From an uncultured Acidobacteriota bacterium (lineage in GTDB: Bacteria > Acidobacteriota > Thermoanaerobaculia > UBA5066 > Gp7-AA6): DNA of 64,000 nucleotides. A program made the translations under genes and the position numbers. The notes beneath the pieces were generated by a model. It was not told the origin of the DNA. It saw only the letters and a list, made by a program, of their open reading frames with translations, and ran no database searches. Of this stretch, positions 10,623-21,152 are shown in pieces (the first letter of the stretch is position 1; every line of letters begins with the position of its first letter). The stretch lies in assembly GCA_963784935.1 (NCBI GenBank), contig CAWATD010000001.1, forward strand, positions 20,991 through 84,990. The letters run 5' to 3'.

Positions 10623-13600
10623 CTACGGATTCGACAGCGTGACGCTGTCCAGCCCCGATGTACCGATCAACGTATTGTTGTGGCTGGTCAGCGGCAAGCC
10701 GACGTAGACGATGGCGGACATGGTGATCGTGTCGGTTCCCACCAGCGTCCAGGTGATCCCGTCCGGCGAGCTGTACGCGGTAAACGTGTCGGCGTTACGC
10801 CCGCTGCGCGTCAGCTTGACCCAGTAGGGCGCCGCCACGATGGCCCCAGCGGTCGTAGTCCCCGTACCGCCCGTCGTCAGCCGCCGCTGGAAGGCCAGAC
10901 CATTGCCGGGTGTCTCGATCATCATCGCGAAGACGGAATTGGCCGCCAGGGTCTCGCGAATCATTACTCCGCTCTTGGCCCACGGATCCGTGTTCTGGAT
11001 GCTCGCCACCCGCGCGATGATCGTCCCATTGCCGTTCCACGGCTGGTACACGTAGTGAAACTGATCCGACACGCCCCAGATGTCGGTTCCAGAAGCGCTC
11101 ATCGTGAACGCCCCCGCCGAATAGCTCGCGCCGCCCGCAAAACCAGGACCCCCGATGTCCTGCTGCAACCATGGCGCCGGAAGGCCGCCACCCGGCGGCG
11201 TGGGTGTCGGCGTTGCCGTCGGACCGATCGGCGTGGCGGTGCGCGTGGGCGTGAGCGTCGGCGTCGGCGTTGCCGTCGGCGTCGCGCTCCCGACGCTGAT
11301 GCTGTCCAGAGTACCCGTGCAGAGCAGCGTGTTGTTGTGACTGGTCAGCGGCAAGCCGACGAAGACGTTGGCGGACATGGTGATCGTGTCGGTTCCCACC
11401 AGCGTCCAGGCAATCCCGTCCGGCGAGCTGTACCCGGTAAACGTGTTGCCGCTGCGCGTCAGCCTGACCCAGTACGGGCCCGCCACCAGAGCTCCCGCGG
11501 TGCCGACACCCGCAGCTCCGGTAGTGAGCCGGCGCTGAAAGTGCACCCCATTCGAAGGGGTCAGTATCGTCATCGCGAACGTGGAATTGGCCGCCAGCGT
11601 CTCGCGAATCATTACCCCGCTCTTGGCCCACGGATCCGTGTTCTGGATGCTCGCCACCCGCGCGATGATCGTCCCGTCGCCGCTCCATGGCTGGTACACG
11701 TAGTGGAACTGATCCGACGTGCCCCAGATGTCGGTTCCAGAAGCGCTCATCGTGAACGCCCCCGCCGAATAGCTCGCGTTGCCCGCAAAACCAGGACCCC
11801 CGATGTCCTGATGCACCCACGGCGCCGGAAGACCGGCCCCCGCCGTCGGCGTGGGTGTCGGCGTGGGAGTCGGTGTCGCAGTTGGCGCGATCGGTGTGGC
11901 GGTGCGCGTGGGCGTGGCGGTCGACGTGTTCGTCGGAGCGATCGGTGTCGTAGTACGCGTGGGCGTGAGCGTCGGCGTCGGCGTGGCCGTCGGCGTCGCG
12001 CTCCCGACGCTGATGCTGTCCAGAGTACCCGTGCAGAGCAGCGTGTTGTTGTGACTGGTCAGCGGCAAGCCGACGAAGACGCTGGCGGACATGGTGATCG
12101 TGTCGGTTCCCACCAGCGTCCAGGCAATCCCGTCCGGCGAGCTGTACCCGGTAAACACGTTGCCGCTGCGCGTCAGCCTGACCCAGTACGGACCTGCCAC
12201 CAGAGCTCCCGGGGTGCCCACACCCGCAGCTCCGGTGGTGACCCGGCGCTGAAAGTGCACCCCATTCGAAGGGGTCAGTATCGTCATGGCGAACGTGGAA
12301 TTGGCCGCCAGCGTCTCGCGAATCATTACCCCGCTCTTGGCCCACGGATCCGTGTTCTGGATGCTCGCCACCCGCGCGATGATCGTCCCGTCGCCGCTCC
12401 ATGGCTGGTACACGTAGTGGAACTGGTCCGACGTGCCCCAGATGTCGGTTCCAGAAGCGCTCATCGTGAACGCCCCCGCCGAATAACTCGCGTTGCCCGC
12501 AAAACCAGGACCCCCGACGTCCAGATGCACCCACGGCGCCGGAAGACCGGCCCCCGCCGTCGGCGTGGGTGTCGGCGTCGCGGTCGGGCCGTTTGAGGTC
12601 GGCGTCCTCGTAGGCGTCATCGTCGGCGTCGGCGTCCTGGTGGGAGTCGGCGTCACGGTTGCCGTTCGTGTCGGCGTCGGAGTCGGCCCCGCCGGGCCGA
12701 TGGTGACGTTGTCGAACACGGCAGTGCAGAGGACCGTGTTGTTGTGGCTGGTTACGCCCAGGCCCACGTAGGCAATCGTCGCCATCACGACGGTGTCGGA
12801 TCCAACGAGGGTCCACGTAATCCCGTCCGGGGAGCGATAGCCCGTGAAGGTATCGCCGCTGCGCACGAGCTTGACCCAATAGGGCGCGACGACACTGACG
12901 TTTCCGTTAGTCCCGCTGGTGACCCCTCCCGTGGTGATGCGCCGCTGGAATTCCACTCCGTTCACCGGCGTGAGAACCATCATGGCATGGACCGAGCCGG
13001 CCGCCAGGGTGTCCCGAATCATCACGCCGGCCTTGGCCCAGGGATCCGTGTTCTGGATGCTCGCGACACGGGCGATGATCGAGCCATCCCCATTGAGCGT
13101 CTGGTAGGCGAAGTTGAACTGATCCGAGGTTGACCAGATGTCGGCTCCGGAAGCCTTGACGGTGAGCGTGCCAGCCTGCGTCAAGCTGCCGGCGAGCCCG
13201 GGACTGCCGATGTCCGTGTCGACCCAGGCGGAGGAGGCCGGCGTGTAGGTCGCCGTGTAGGTCGCCGGAGAGGACGCCGCTGTGACCGTGTGGCTCTGCG
13301 CTCCGCCGTCCGACCAGGAGACCCACTGGTAGCCGCTCTCCGGTGAAGGCGCGTTGATGGAGTTGGCGGAGTTGACGATGACGGTGCGAACGAAGGGCGT
13401 CGGCCCCGCGAAGTTTCCCACCGTCAGGTACAGTCCCGAGGGACTCGACTGAAACGTCAGATCCACCGTCTGCGGCTGGATGTTGACACTCGTCGTCGCC
13501 GACAGGCCGCCGGAGTCTGTGGCCGTCAGCTGGATCTCGAGGTAGGACGGGTACTCGTGGTCGGGAGCCGGGAACGAGCCGCTCGCCACACCGGTGAAGG

Positions 13601-15540
13601 TCTGGTACTGGTGCAGGTGACAATTCGAAGGACAGTGGTGGATGAGGACCACCCAGCTGAGCGCGCTCGCCGGCAGCACGCCGCTATCCGAATCGGTCGC
13701 CCCGCCCGAGAAGCTGATCGTGTCTCCCACCTTCCAGGTGAAGGAAGACGTGGGCGTCGTGATCGAAGGCGTCGGCGGCTTGTTGTCGACGCTGATCCTG
13801 ATCGGCGCGCTGATGGCCGAACCGCCGCGCTGATCGGTCACCTTCAGTCGGGCCTGGTAGTTGCCCTTCGTGGTGTAGACGTACACGGGCTTCTGCAGGG
13901 TCGAGTCGTTGAACTGGCCGTTCCCATCGAGGTCCCAGGCGTAGCTCAACGTGTCGCCGGTCTGGGCGGGCGTCGAGCCGCTTCCGTCGAAGTTGACCGT
14001 CAGCGGCGACGGGCCGTACAGGGGTGAGGCGGTTGCGAGGGCATTGAGGCCGTAGACGAACTTGATGATGTTGCCGCCGTTGAAGTCGGCGTAGTAGACG
14101 TTGCCGTCGGGACCCACATCCAGGAACACGGGGCCTGTCGACACGTTGGACGCGAACGGGATGACGTTGGCCGGGTTGGGATTGCCCCCGGCGTCCGGCA
14201 GCATTACCCAGATGCAGGCGCGCCCGTAGTCGGAGAAGAAGAGCGCATTGTTGTAGGTCCCGGGGTAGTTGCCCGTGCCCGTGTAGAACGTGATGCCGGC
14301 CACGGCCGAGCTCCCCGTGGGACACCCGTCGGTCGCGACCACGTGCGCGCTGTGGTTGTAGGTCAGCACGGGCAGCGTGACCGTCTGGGGGCTCTGCGCG
14401 TAGAGGGCCTCGCAGATGTTCAGGTTGTCGCCGTCGTAGACGGGCTGACGCAACATGCCCTCCCAGCAGGGCCAGCCGAAGTTCGTGCCGGCAGTCGGGT
14501 TGGAAAGGTGATTGACCTCTTCCCATGTCTGCCATCCGACGTCGGAGATCCAGAGGTCGTTGGTGCCGGGCTTGATGGTGAACCGGAAGGGGTTGCGCAG
14601 GCCCCACCCCGTGATGCGCTGCGCGTTCACGTCGCCGGACGAGTGGAAGGGATTGTCCGGGGCGCCCGCGCCCGTGGCCGGATCCAGGCGCAGGATCGTG
14701 CCGCCCAGGACCCGCGGTTCGCCGGCCGTGCGCAGCACCGACTGGGCGCGCAGGGCCCCGCCCTCGGCTCCGGGCGGCACCTGGTCGCCGCCCACCGGCA
14801 CCGGCGGATCTCCGCACGGGTTCTTGGGCGTCGGCGGCGGACTGCCCTGGGTCCCCCCCCACTGGCCGTAGTCATGGTTGTCGAAGTTGGCGCCCTCGCC
14901 GGCGCTCACGTAGAGATACCCATCGGCCCCGAAGTTGATCGAACCTAACGAGTGGCTCGGAAACTGCTGGCACCAGTCGTTGATGAGGGGATGCTCGCTC
15001 GCCGTCCAGTCGCTGCCGGTCGCGGTCAGGCGCGACAACCGGCCGCTGATGATGCAGCCGTCCGTGTTGCCGCCCGGCGGGCGTCGGACACGGATCGGAT
15101 GTTCCATCCCCCGGACCCCATTTCGGCGGCGTCCCGCCGATGACCGCGTCGTACGCGTAAAGGACGTAGATGTAGTTGTTGGTCGTGAAGTTCGGGTCGA
15201 TCGCGAGTCCCAGAAGGCCCCGGTCCCAGTAGTTGTGGACCTCCGGGCGAAGGTCCGCGACGACCGTGTAGGTGTTTGTCGTGATGTTGGGAAACACCTT
15301 GAGAAGCCCGCTCTTCTCCGCCACCAGCACACGACCGTCCGGCAGAAACCGCACGACCATCGGATTGGTCAATCCGGTGAAAACCACCGTCTCGGAAAAA
15401 CCCTGCTGCTTGAAACTCGTGCCGGCCAGCGCCGCCGGCAAGGCGAACGCGAGGGCGAGAAGGGTCGCCCTCCGGGCCAATGGCGCCAGCACCTCGAAGA
15501 AAATGCGAAGCCGAGGTCGACGCGCCAGGTTGATGTTCAT
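10623..15540 (-). CDS. Giant secreted modular protein A (about 1640 aa): same architecture as B but with 4 ConA-like modules; single frame break near 15075-15095
   Basis: ORF 14872..15540 supplies the N-terminus and signal peptide. ORF 10623..15332 (1569 aa) carries the rest: propeller, PKD (LTVNFDGSGSTPAQTGDTLSYAWDLDGNGQFNDS), an Ig-like region and four ~181-186-aa modules. Linkers such as TPTPTRTATVTPTPTRTPTPTMTPTRTPT separate the modules. Confidence 0.85.
10626..13240 (-). repeat. Tandem coding repeat: 4 ConA-like modules plus PT linkers in gene A
   Basis: Module starts are [44 protein letters not shown] and APWLQQDIGGPGFAG. The last module (186 aa) maps to 10626..11183. Confidence 0.85.
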
Positions 15541-15617
15541 TGGGGAGATTGCAATCTACTCCATTGCCAGCCCCAGCGACATCAACCCATGGCCTGAGCC
15601 TGATGTAAGAAAAAGAC
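15541..15617 (-). promoter_or_regulatory. Conserved upstream leader/promoter region of giant gene A
   Basis: The minus strand reads tataaaaccaaagtcctaggtctttttcttacatcaggctcaggccatgggttgatgtcgctggggc...gtagattgcaatctccccaATG. It contains the inverted repeat ACATCA..TGATGT and an AT-rich tataaaa box. Confidence 0.4.
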
Positions 15618-16346
15618 CTAGGACTTTGGTTTTATATCGAGCCCACGCATCGCCAGTGCGACCCGACTGTCGATGCGGAGCTTGCGAAACACGTTGTTCA
15701 GGTGCGTCTTGACCGTCTTCTCGTGGATGCTCAGCCGATGGGCGATCTCCTTGTTGCGAAGCCCGCGCGCCACCCAGCGAGCGACCTCGGTTTCTCTCTC
15801 GGTGAGGTTTCCGTCGGACGCCATGCGATGGCTCGACGCCTCCGCGAAACGCTCGAGGGTCTGCGCCGTGACCCGCCGGTTGGCCCACAGTTCTCCCGCG
15901 GCCACCGATCCAATCGCACGGACGACCACAGCCAGGCCCGACTCCTTGCCGACGAGCCCGGAGGCGCCGGCGCGCAGGACCCTCTCGACGGTCTCGGGCC
16001 CCGATCGGGTCGCGAGCACCAGGATCCGGGTTTCGGGCACCTCGCGCCGCAGGCGAGCGATCACGCCTTCCGAGTTCGGGCCGAGGGCTTCGTAGTCGAA
16101 CAACAGCACCTGGGCCACACACCCGGAGAGGGACTCGCCGATGTCGTCTTCGGCGGAGGCGCGGCACACGACCGTGACGGTGGGCTCGGCGTCGAGCGCC
16201 TGGCACAGGACCTCACGATGGAGTGCGGGCCCGGACGCGACGGCAACCCGGATTGGTTCGCCCGACGGCCCCTTCGACTCGACGAGGGGAGCCTCGGCTC
16301 CAGCGGGAATGGGGCGCTTCCCGGACGCGGCCTTCTTCACTGGCAT
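15618..16346 (-). CDS. LuxR/NarL-family response regulator with atypical (pseudo-)receiver domain
   Basis: The C-terminal HTH reads LTERETEVARWVARGLRNKEIAHRLSIHEKTVKTHLNNVFRKL. The receiver keeps D (LLFDYE), T (LVLAT) and K (GLVGK). The N-terminal acidic pair is replaced (IRVAVASGPAL instead of the usual xxDDxP). I take the start at MPVKK (16346), not the longer ORF start. Confidence 0.8.
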   Translation of the reverse strand: MPVKKAASGKRPIPAGAEAPLVESKGPSGEPIRVAVASGPALHREVLCQALDAEPTVTVVCRASAEDDIGESLSGCVAQVLLFDYEALGPNSEGVIARLRREVPETRILVLATRSGPETVERVLRAGASGLVGKESGLAVVVRAIGSVAAGELWANRRVTAQTLERFAEASSHRMASDGNLTERETEVARWVARGLRNKEIAHRLSIHEKTVKTHLNNVFRKLRIDSRVALAMRGLDIKPKS

Positions 16347-16363
16347 TTTCCCGTTCGCGCATT

Positions 16364-18026
16364 CTACCCAAATTGCTTCAGCGGGCTGGCGGAAAGCGAC
16401 GCAGAAACTCGCACGGGCGGTCCTGCCACCGATTTGACGGTCAGCGCCCTCCAGCCGGCGAGGCCGGCCAGCGGCATCGGAACCGCCCGTTCGCTCTGGA
16501 GATACAGCATTCCCCCGCGGCCGACTCCCCACCCATAGCGGACGAGCGCGGCACCCTGAGGAGCGAGCCTGGCCTCCAGGCTACCGCCTTGCTCCGGATC
16601 GACGCAGACCCACAGCTTCGCTCCCTCGAGCAAAGAATCCTGCGTGCGAAAGGTTCCCCTCAGAGAGGAGAGCCGCTGCGAGACGGCGGCCAACTCCGCG
16701 TCGTCCTCCAGCGCCCGCCCGACGTCGCGGCGCGCGAGCAGCGCTTCGCAGCCATCCCGGGTGGCCAGCGAAAGCAGATCGAGCGCCCCCCTCGCTTCGC
16801 GGGCGCGCCCCTGCCGGACCAGCAGACGCGCCAGATCGGCATAGTAAAGCGTCCACTCGGGAGCGCCCTGGTTCTGAGGACGGCCCGCCAGCTCCTGGGC
16901 GCCGGCGACGTCGCCGGCCCGAAGCCACACGCGCGCCCTGACTTGATCCGGAACGTCCGAAAGAGCATCGAGCGTCCGCAGAGAGGATCTTCGCGGAAAT
17001 CGCGGATTCTCGTCCATCCAGAAAGAATCGCACGAGATCCGCCCGCGGGTCGCCCTCCCAGGGCCCGCCCTGGTCGCCGGGCCACAGCTCCAGGATCCGG
17101 GCGGCTTGCGCCCGGCCCTCCGGATCGTCGAGCTCCGATGGCGGGGTGCTCGGCCGCCCATTCGACGCAAGCCGTCCGAAGTCCGTTCTGGTCTCTCGCT
17201 CGAGAACGCCCTTCGACCCGCGACCAGGTCCGCGGCACGCCTGGCTTCTCTGCGCCGCGTCGCGGCGCGTCAGCAAAGCCGCCGCCCCCGCGAGATCACC
17301 TTCCGCCGAAAATGAGTCGGCCGCCGCATCCAGAAGCTCGGGGCTCTCCGGCAGCAGACCCATGGCGTCGTCCCGGCCCATGGAGGTCGTGAGAGCGAGA
17401 AACCGGGCCGAGACGAAGCGAGGATCCTGCAGCGCGCGGCGCAGCACGGGAATCGCCTCGTCCTTCTGCGAAGCGGAGAGCCTCTGCCAGTCGTCGACGT
17501 ACATCTGCGCCGAGCGCGGACCAGATGTCGTCCAGACCCGGGGCCCCCGCGGCAGCCAGCCGCAGCGGAGTCGCCCACTTCTCCCAGGCATCGGGCGTTG
17601 CGGAATTGCGCGCGGGCCCGGAAGCCCTGATAGGCCAGCTGGCCGAGGAGGAACCGGTGATAGGCCCAGCCGGGCCGCGTGGCGGCGGCATCGAGGGCGA
17701 GGTCGCGGGCCGCTGCGACCTCGTCTTCCCGCGCGCCCGCATCCGGGAGCGACGGCGAGAGACGCGGCGCTGTCCGACAACGCCGCCCGGATGGCGATTC
17801 CGGCGGCCAGATCCGGCTGCAGCTCGAGCTTCATCGCCCCGATCTCCTCGGGCCGCCGGACGTCGAGGGCGAAGCGCTTCACGAACGCCTCGGTTCGCAC
17901 GCGTTCGGACCGATGCCTCGCGAAAGCGACGACCGACGCGGCCGCCAGACCGAAACACGCGAGCGCCGCAAGGCCGCGCGCGGCGCGCGACCGGGGGCGG
18001 GCAACACTCTCGTGCATCGTCGACAT
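16364..18026 (-). pseudogene. Membrane-anchored hypothetical protein with helical-repeat-like regions; 3 or more frame breaks
   Basis: The N-terminal anchor reads GLAALACFGLAAASVVAF (ORF 16581..18209). Collinear coding-like pieces in other frames include MYVDDWQRLSASQKDEAIPVLRRALQDPRF, WAYHRFLLGQLAYQG and EWTLYYADLARLLVRQGRAREA (16364..17170). I recognise no family. Confidence 0.45.
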
Positions 18027-18030
18027 GCGG

Positions 18031-18792
18031 CTAGCCTGGCAAGGTCGAGATCGGGGCATCGAGCTCGACCGAGGGAAAGGCTTCCGATTGCAGCAGCGCC
18101 CGGGGATTGGTCTCGAACAATTCGGCTTCCGCCTGCTTGCCCCAGCTTCGCCGCACGTGGCGGCGGGCGGCCGCGAGGCGCGGCGGTCGGCGGCCGATCG
18201 AGTGGGCATCCGAAGCGACCAGGTGAACCAGGCCGCGCCGGAAGAACTCTTCGCAAGCCGTCATTGCCCCGACCCCGAAGTCACCGAGAAGGCTCCCGGC
18301 GGTGATCTGCACGATCGCCCCCCGCGACACGAGCTCTTCCAGAAGGCCCGGGGATCCGGCGAAGGACCGGTCCCGCTCGGGATGCGCGATCACGGGTGTG
18401 ACGCCGAGCAGCGAGAGCTCATGGAAGACCGCGCCGGCGCCCGGCGGCGCCCCGCCGGACGGAAACTCGAGGAGCAGGTGTTTCGTCCGGTTCAGACCGG
18501 TCAGGGGGCCCCCTCTTCCCCGCTCCAGCAGCTGCACGGCATCCGCCGAAAAGTAGTACTCGCAGCCTGCCAGCACCGCGGGCTTTCCCTCGAGCAGCGC
18601 GTTCAGCTTCAGGATCAGCCGGTCCCGGGCGATCGGATCGTCGTTGATCCAGGGTTCGCGGAGCACGTGCGGCGTCGCGATCAGCGTCGTCGTTCCCTCC
18701 GCCGCCGCGGCCCGACAGAGGGCGACCGCGTCGTCCCAGTTCTCCGGTCCGTCGTCGATGCCGGGCAGGCAGTGGAAATGGGTTTCGATCAT
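18031..18792 (-). CDS. CpsB/CapC-type (PHP family) protein-tyrosine phosphatase of capsule/EPS synthesis
   Basis: The ORF is intact at 253 aa. Motifs: MIETHFHCLPGIDDGP, TLIATPHV, VIAHPER, LVASDAH. This is the metal-binding His/Asp pattern of Wzh/YwqE/CpsB phosphatases. Confidence 0.85.
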   Translation of the reverse strand: MIETHFHCLPGIDDGPENWDDAVALCRAAAAEGTTTLIATPHVLREPWINDDPIARDRLILKLNALLEGKPAVLAGCEYYFSADAVQLLERGRGGPLTGLNRTKHLLLEFPSGGAPPGAGAVFHELSLLGVTPVIAHPERDRSFAGSPGLLEELVSRGAIVQITAGSLLGDFGVGAMTACEEFFRRGLVHLVASDAHSIGRRPPRLAAARRHVRRSWGKQAEAELFETNPRALLQSEAFPSVELDAPISTLPG

Positions 18793-18871
18793 CGAAGACC
18801 GGGCAAGGCAACGGGACGCGGGTCGAGCCGGGAGTCAGCGGCGCGAATCGCAACCGACGAACGCGCGCAGG

Positions 18872-21144
18872 TCACGGGCGGCGCGCCGCCGCAACGGCCT
18901 GTCTTCCCTCGGTCGCCTCGCGCGCGATGTCGTAGTAGTTGTCGTCGTAGGCGTAGCCCGCCTCGTAGCCGACGCTCGTCCCCGGGCAGGTTGGAGATCA
19001 GGACGCCGAGAATCCGGACGTTGCTCCAGAGGAGACGGTCCCGGACTCGGGCGACCTGCTCGCGCGGTGTCTCTGCGCCCTTGACGCAGATCACGGCGCC
19101 GTCGACCAGGTTGCCCACGAGAAGGGCATCCGCGACGGGGGCCATCGGGGGCGCGTCGAGGATCACGAAATCGAAGTTCAGATCGTGCAAGCTCCAGGAA
19201 CTTCGACATCGCCTCGGAGGACAGCAGGCCCGACGGATTCGGACACGCCGGGCCCGCCGGGACGAGAAAGACCTCGGGAGCCGTGGTCTTCACGATGACG
19301 CGCGCCGATTCCACGCCCTCCGCGAGGATCGAGACGAGGCCCACCCGGTTGGACACTCGGAAGATCTCGTGCTGCCGCGGCTTGTGGAGATCCGCGTCCA
19401 CGAGCAGGACGCGCTTGCCGAGCTGCCCCATGACGACGGCCAGGTTCGCCGCGGTCGTGCTCTTGCCTTCCCGGGGCGCGCACGAGGTGACCACGATGGA
19501 TTTCACGCCGCCGGCGCGGGAAAGAAGCAGGGACGTGCGAACGGCCCGGTAGGCCTCCGCCACCCGTGACCGCGGCTGCGTCTGCGGCAGCAACTCGATC
19601 GCGGCCGGCTCCTCGCCCCCTTCCCCTTCGGTCCTGGCTTTCAGTCTTGCCCCGTACCGGTAGGGCCGGCCCGAAACGCTCGACAACGCCGGGATCACGC
19701 CGAGCGCCGGGAGGCTGCAGGTGCCGCGCCACGTCCTCGACGCTGCGCAGGGACCGATCCATGTACGAAAGGAAGAGCGCGAGCCCGACACCGAGCGCCA
19801 GGCCCCCGAAGAGCGCCAGGGCGATGTTCTTCTTGTAGGAAGGCTTGAACGGCGCCCAGTCGGGCAGAGCGCGATCCACGATCCTGGCATTCGACACGTG
19901 TTCGCCGCGAAGGCGGGAGGTGACCTCGGTCTGGGCTTCCTGCTTCAGCAGGCTGTCGAGCAGTTGCCGCTTGGCCTCGAGGTCGAGGCGCAGGTTGTTG
20001 TATTCGACCGCGTTGGTGTTGGAAGTCTGCACTTCCGACCTCTGCGGCACCAGGGCGGTCTTCAGGCTCGACTCGCGGCGGACCGCCGTCTCGTAGTCGT
20101 TCTTCGCGGAATCCCGGGCCTTCGTGACGGTCTCCCGGATCACCACGTCCAGATGCTCACGGCTCTTGTCGATCTGCGTCTGGAGCTGCTGCATCGCCGG
20201 CCACTCCGGCTTGTAGAGATTCAGCTTCTCGGCGTAGTCGCGCTCGAGCCTCGACAGATCCGAGCGCAGACCCGTCACCAGGCCGTTGGAGAGCGTGTCG
20301 GCGATCGTCTCGGGCCGCGCCGTCTGCATCTCGTGGTAGCGGGCCTCTTTCGCGACCCGGTCGCGCGACCGCCGATGCCGTAGTCGCGGTTGAGAGACTC
20401 GAGATTCTGAAGGGAGGCGTTCGTCGACGGATCGGCCGAGATGATGTTCTTCTCCCGCCCGTAGGCCAGCATCTGCTGCTGCTTGGCGTCCACTTCCTTT
20501 CTCAGCTGACCGATCTGGGCCTGCAGAAACTCCGAGGCGAGCCCGACCACGCTGAACTTCGCCTCCGCGCTCCACTCGATGTACTCCTCTGCGAGGGCGT
20601 TGGCGACGTCCGCCGCGAGGACCGGCGAGGGCCCCTCGAAGGAGAGTTTGAGGATGTTCGTGTCCCGGACCGTGGCCGGCTTGACCCGGACGCTGATCCC
20701 CTCCGCCAGGCCGTCGTCGCCTCCTGCGCGGACATTCCCGGCTTCTCTTTCGTTCCCGCGACCAGCCCCTATCGTTTCGGATTCAACTCCCGATTCTCGA
20801 GAAGCTTCAGCTTCCGCACGACCCTCTCGGCAATCTCCCGGCTCTTCATGAGCTCGATCTGCGTCGTGAGGTATTCCTCGTCGAACCCGAACCGGTCGCT
20901 CGTATTGGCGTCGAGAAGGAGTCGCCCGGTCTTTCTCGACGTCGAGGACGACGGTCGCCTCGTACATCTTCTTCGTCAGGACCCCCGCCAGAAGCCCGAT
21001 CGCCACAGCGACGACGACGACACAGCGCGACCAGGCGGCGGCGCTTGCGGATGATCGCCCAGTACTCCGACAGATGCAGCTCGCGCGGGCGCGGCCTCCG
21101 GATTCGCGTCCAACCGGGCTCGCGAAGTCGTCCATGGGGGGCAT
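18872..21144 (-). pseudogene. wzc: Polysaccharide co-polymerase / BY-tyrosine autokinase (Wzc/GumC/EpsG-like), 5 or more frame breaks
   Basis: N-terminal TM helix and Wzz-like region: VVVVAVAIGLLAGVLTKKMYEATVVLDVEK. Coiled-coil region: AEKLNLYKPEWPAMQQLQTQIDKSRE. Second TM helix: IALALFGGLALGVGLALFLSYMD. Walker A: VVTSCAPREGKSTTAANLA. Then LLVDADLHKP and FVILDAPP. A Tyr-rich tail, YEAGYAYDDNYYDIAREATEGRQ, appears in a further frame and ends at the stop at 18872. Confidence 0.8.
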
Positions 21145-21152
21145 CTCGGGGC

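Noticed and set aside
6238-12596. Long plus-strand ORFs (425 aa at 6238..7515, 638 aa at 10680..12596, and many others) lie antisense to the giant genes.
   Set aside because: Their translations are Arg/Gly/Pro-rich low-complexity strings ([12 protein letters not shown]...), as expected from reading a high-GC gene on the wrong strand. The minus-strand frames carry recognisable domains.
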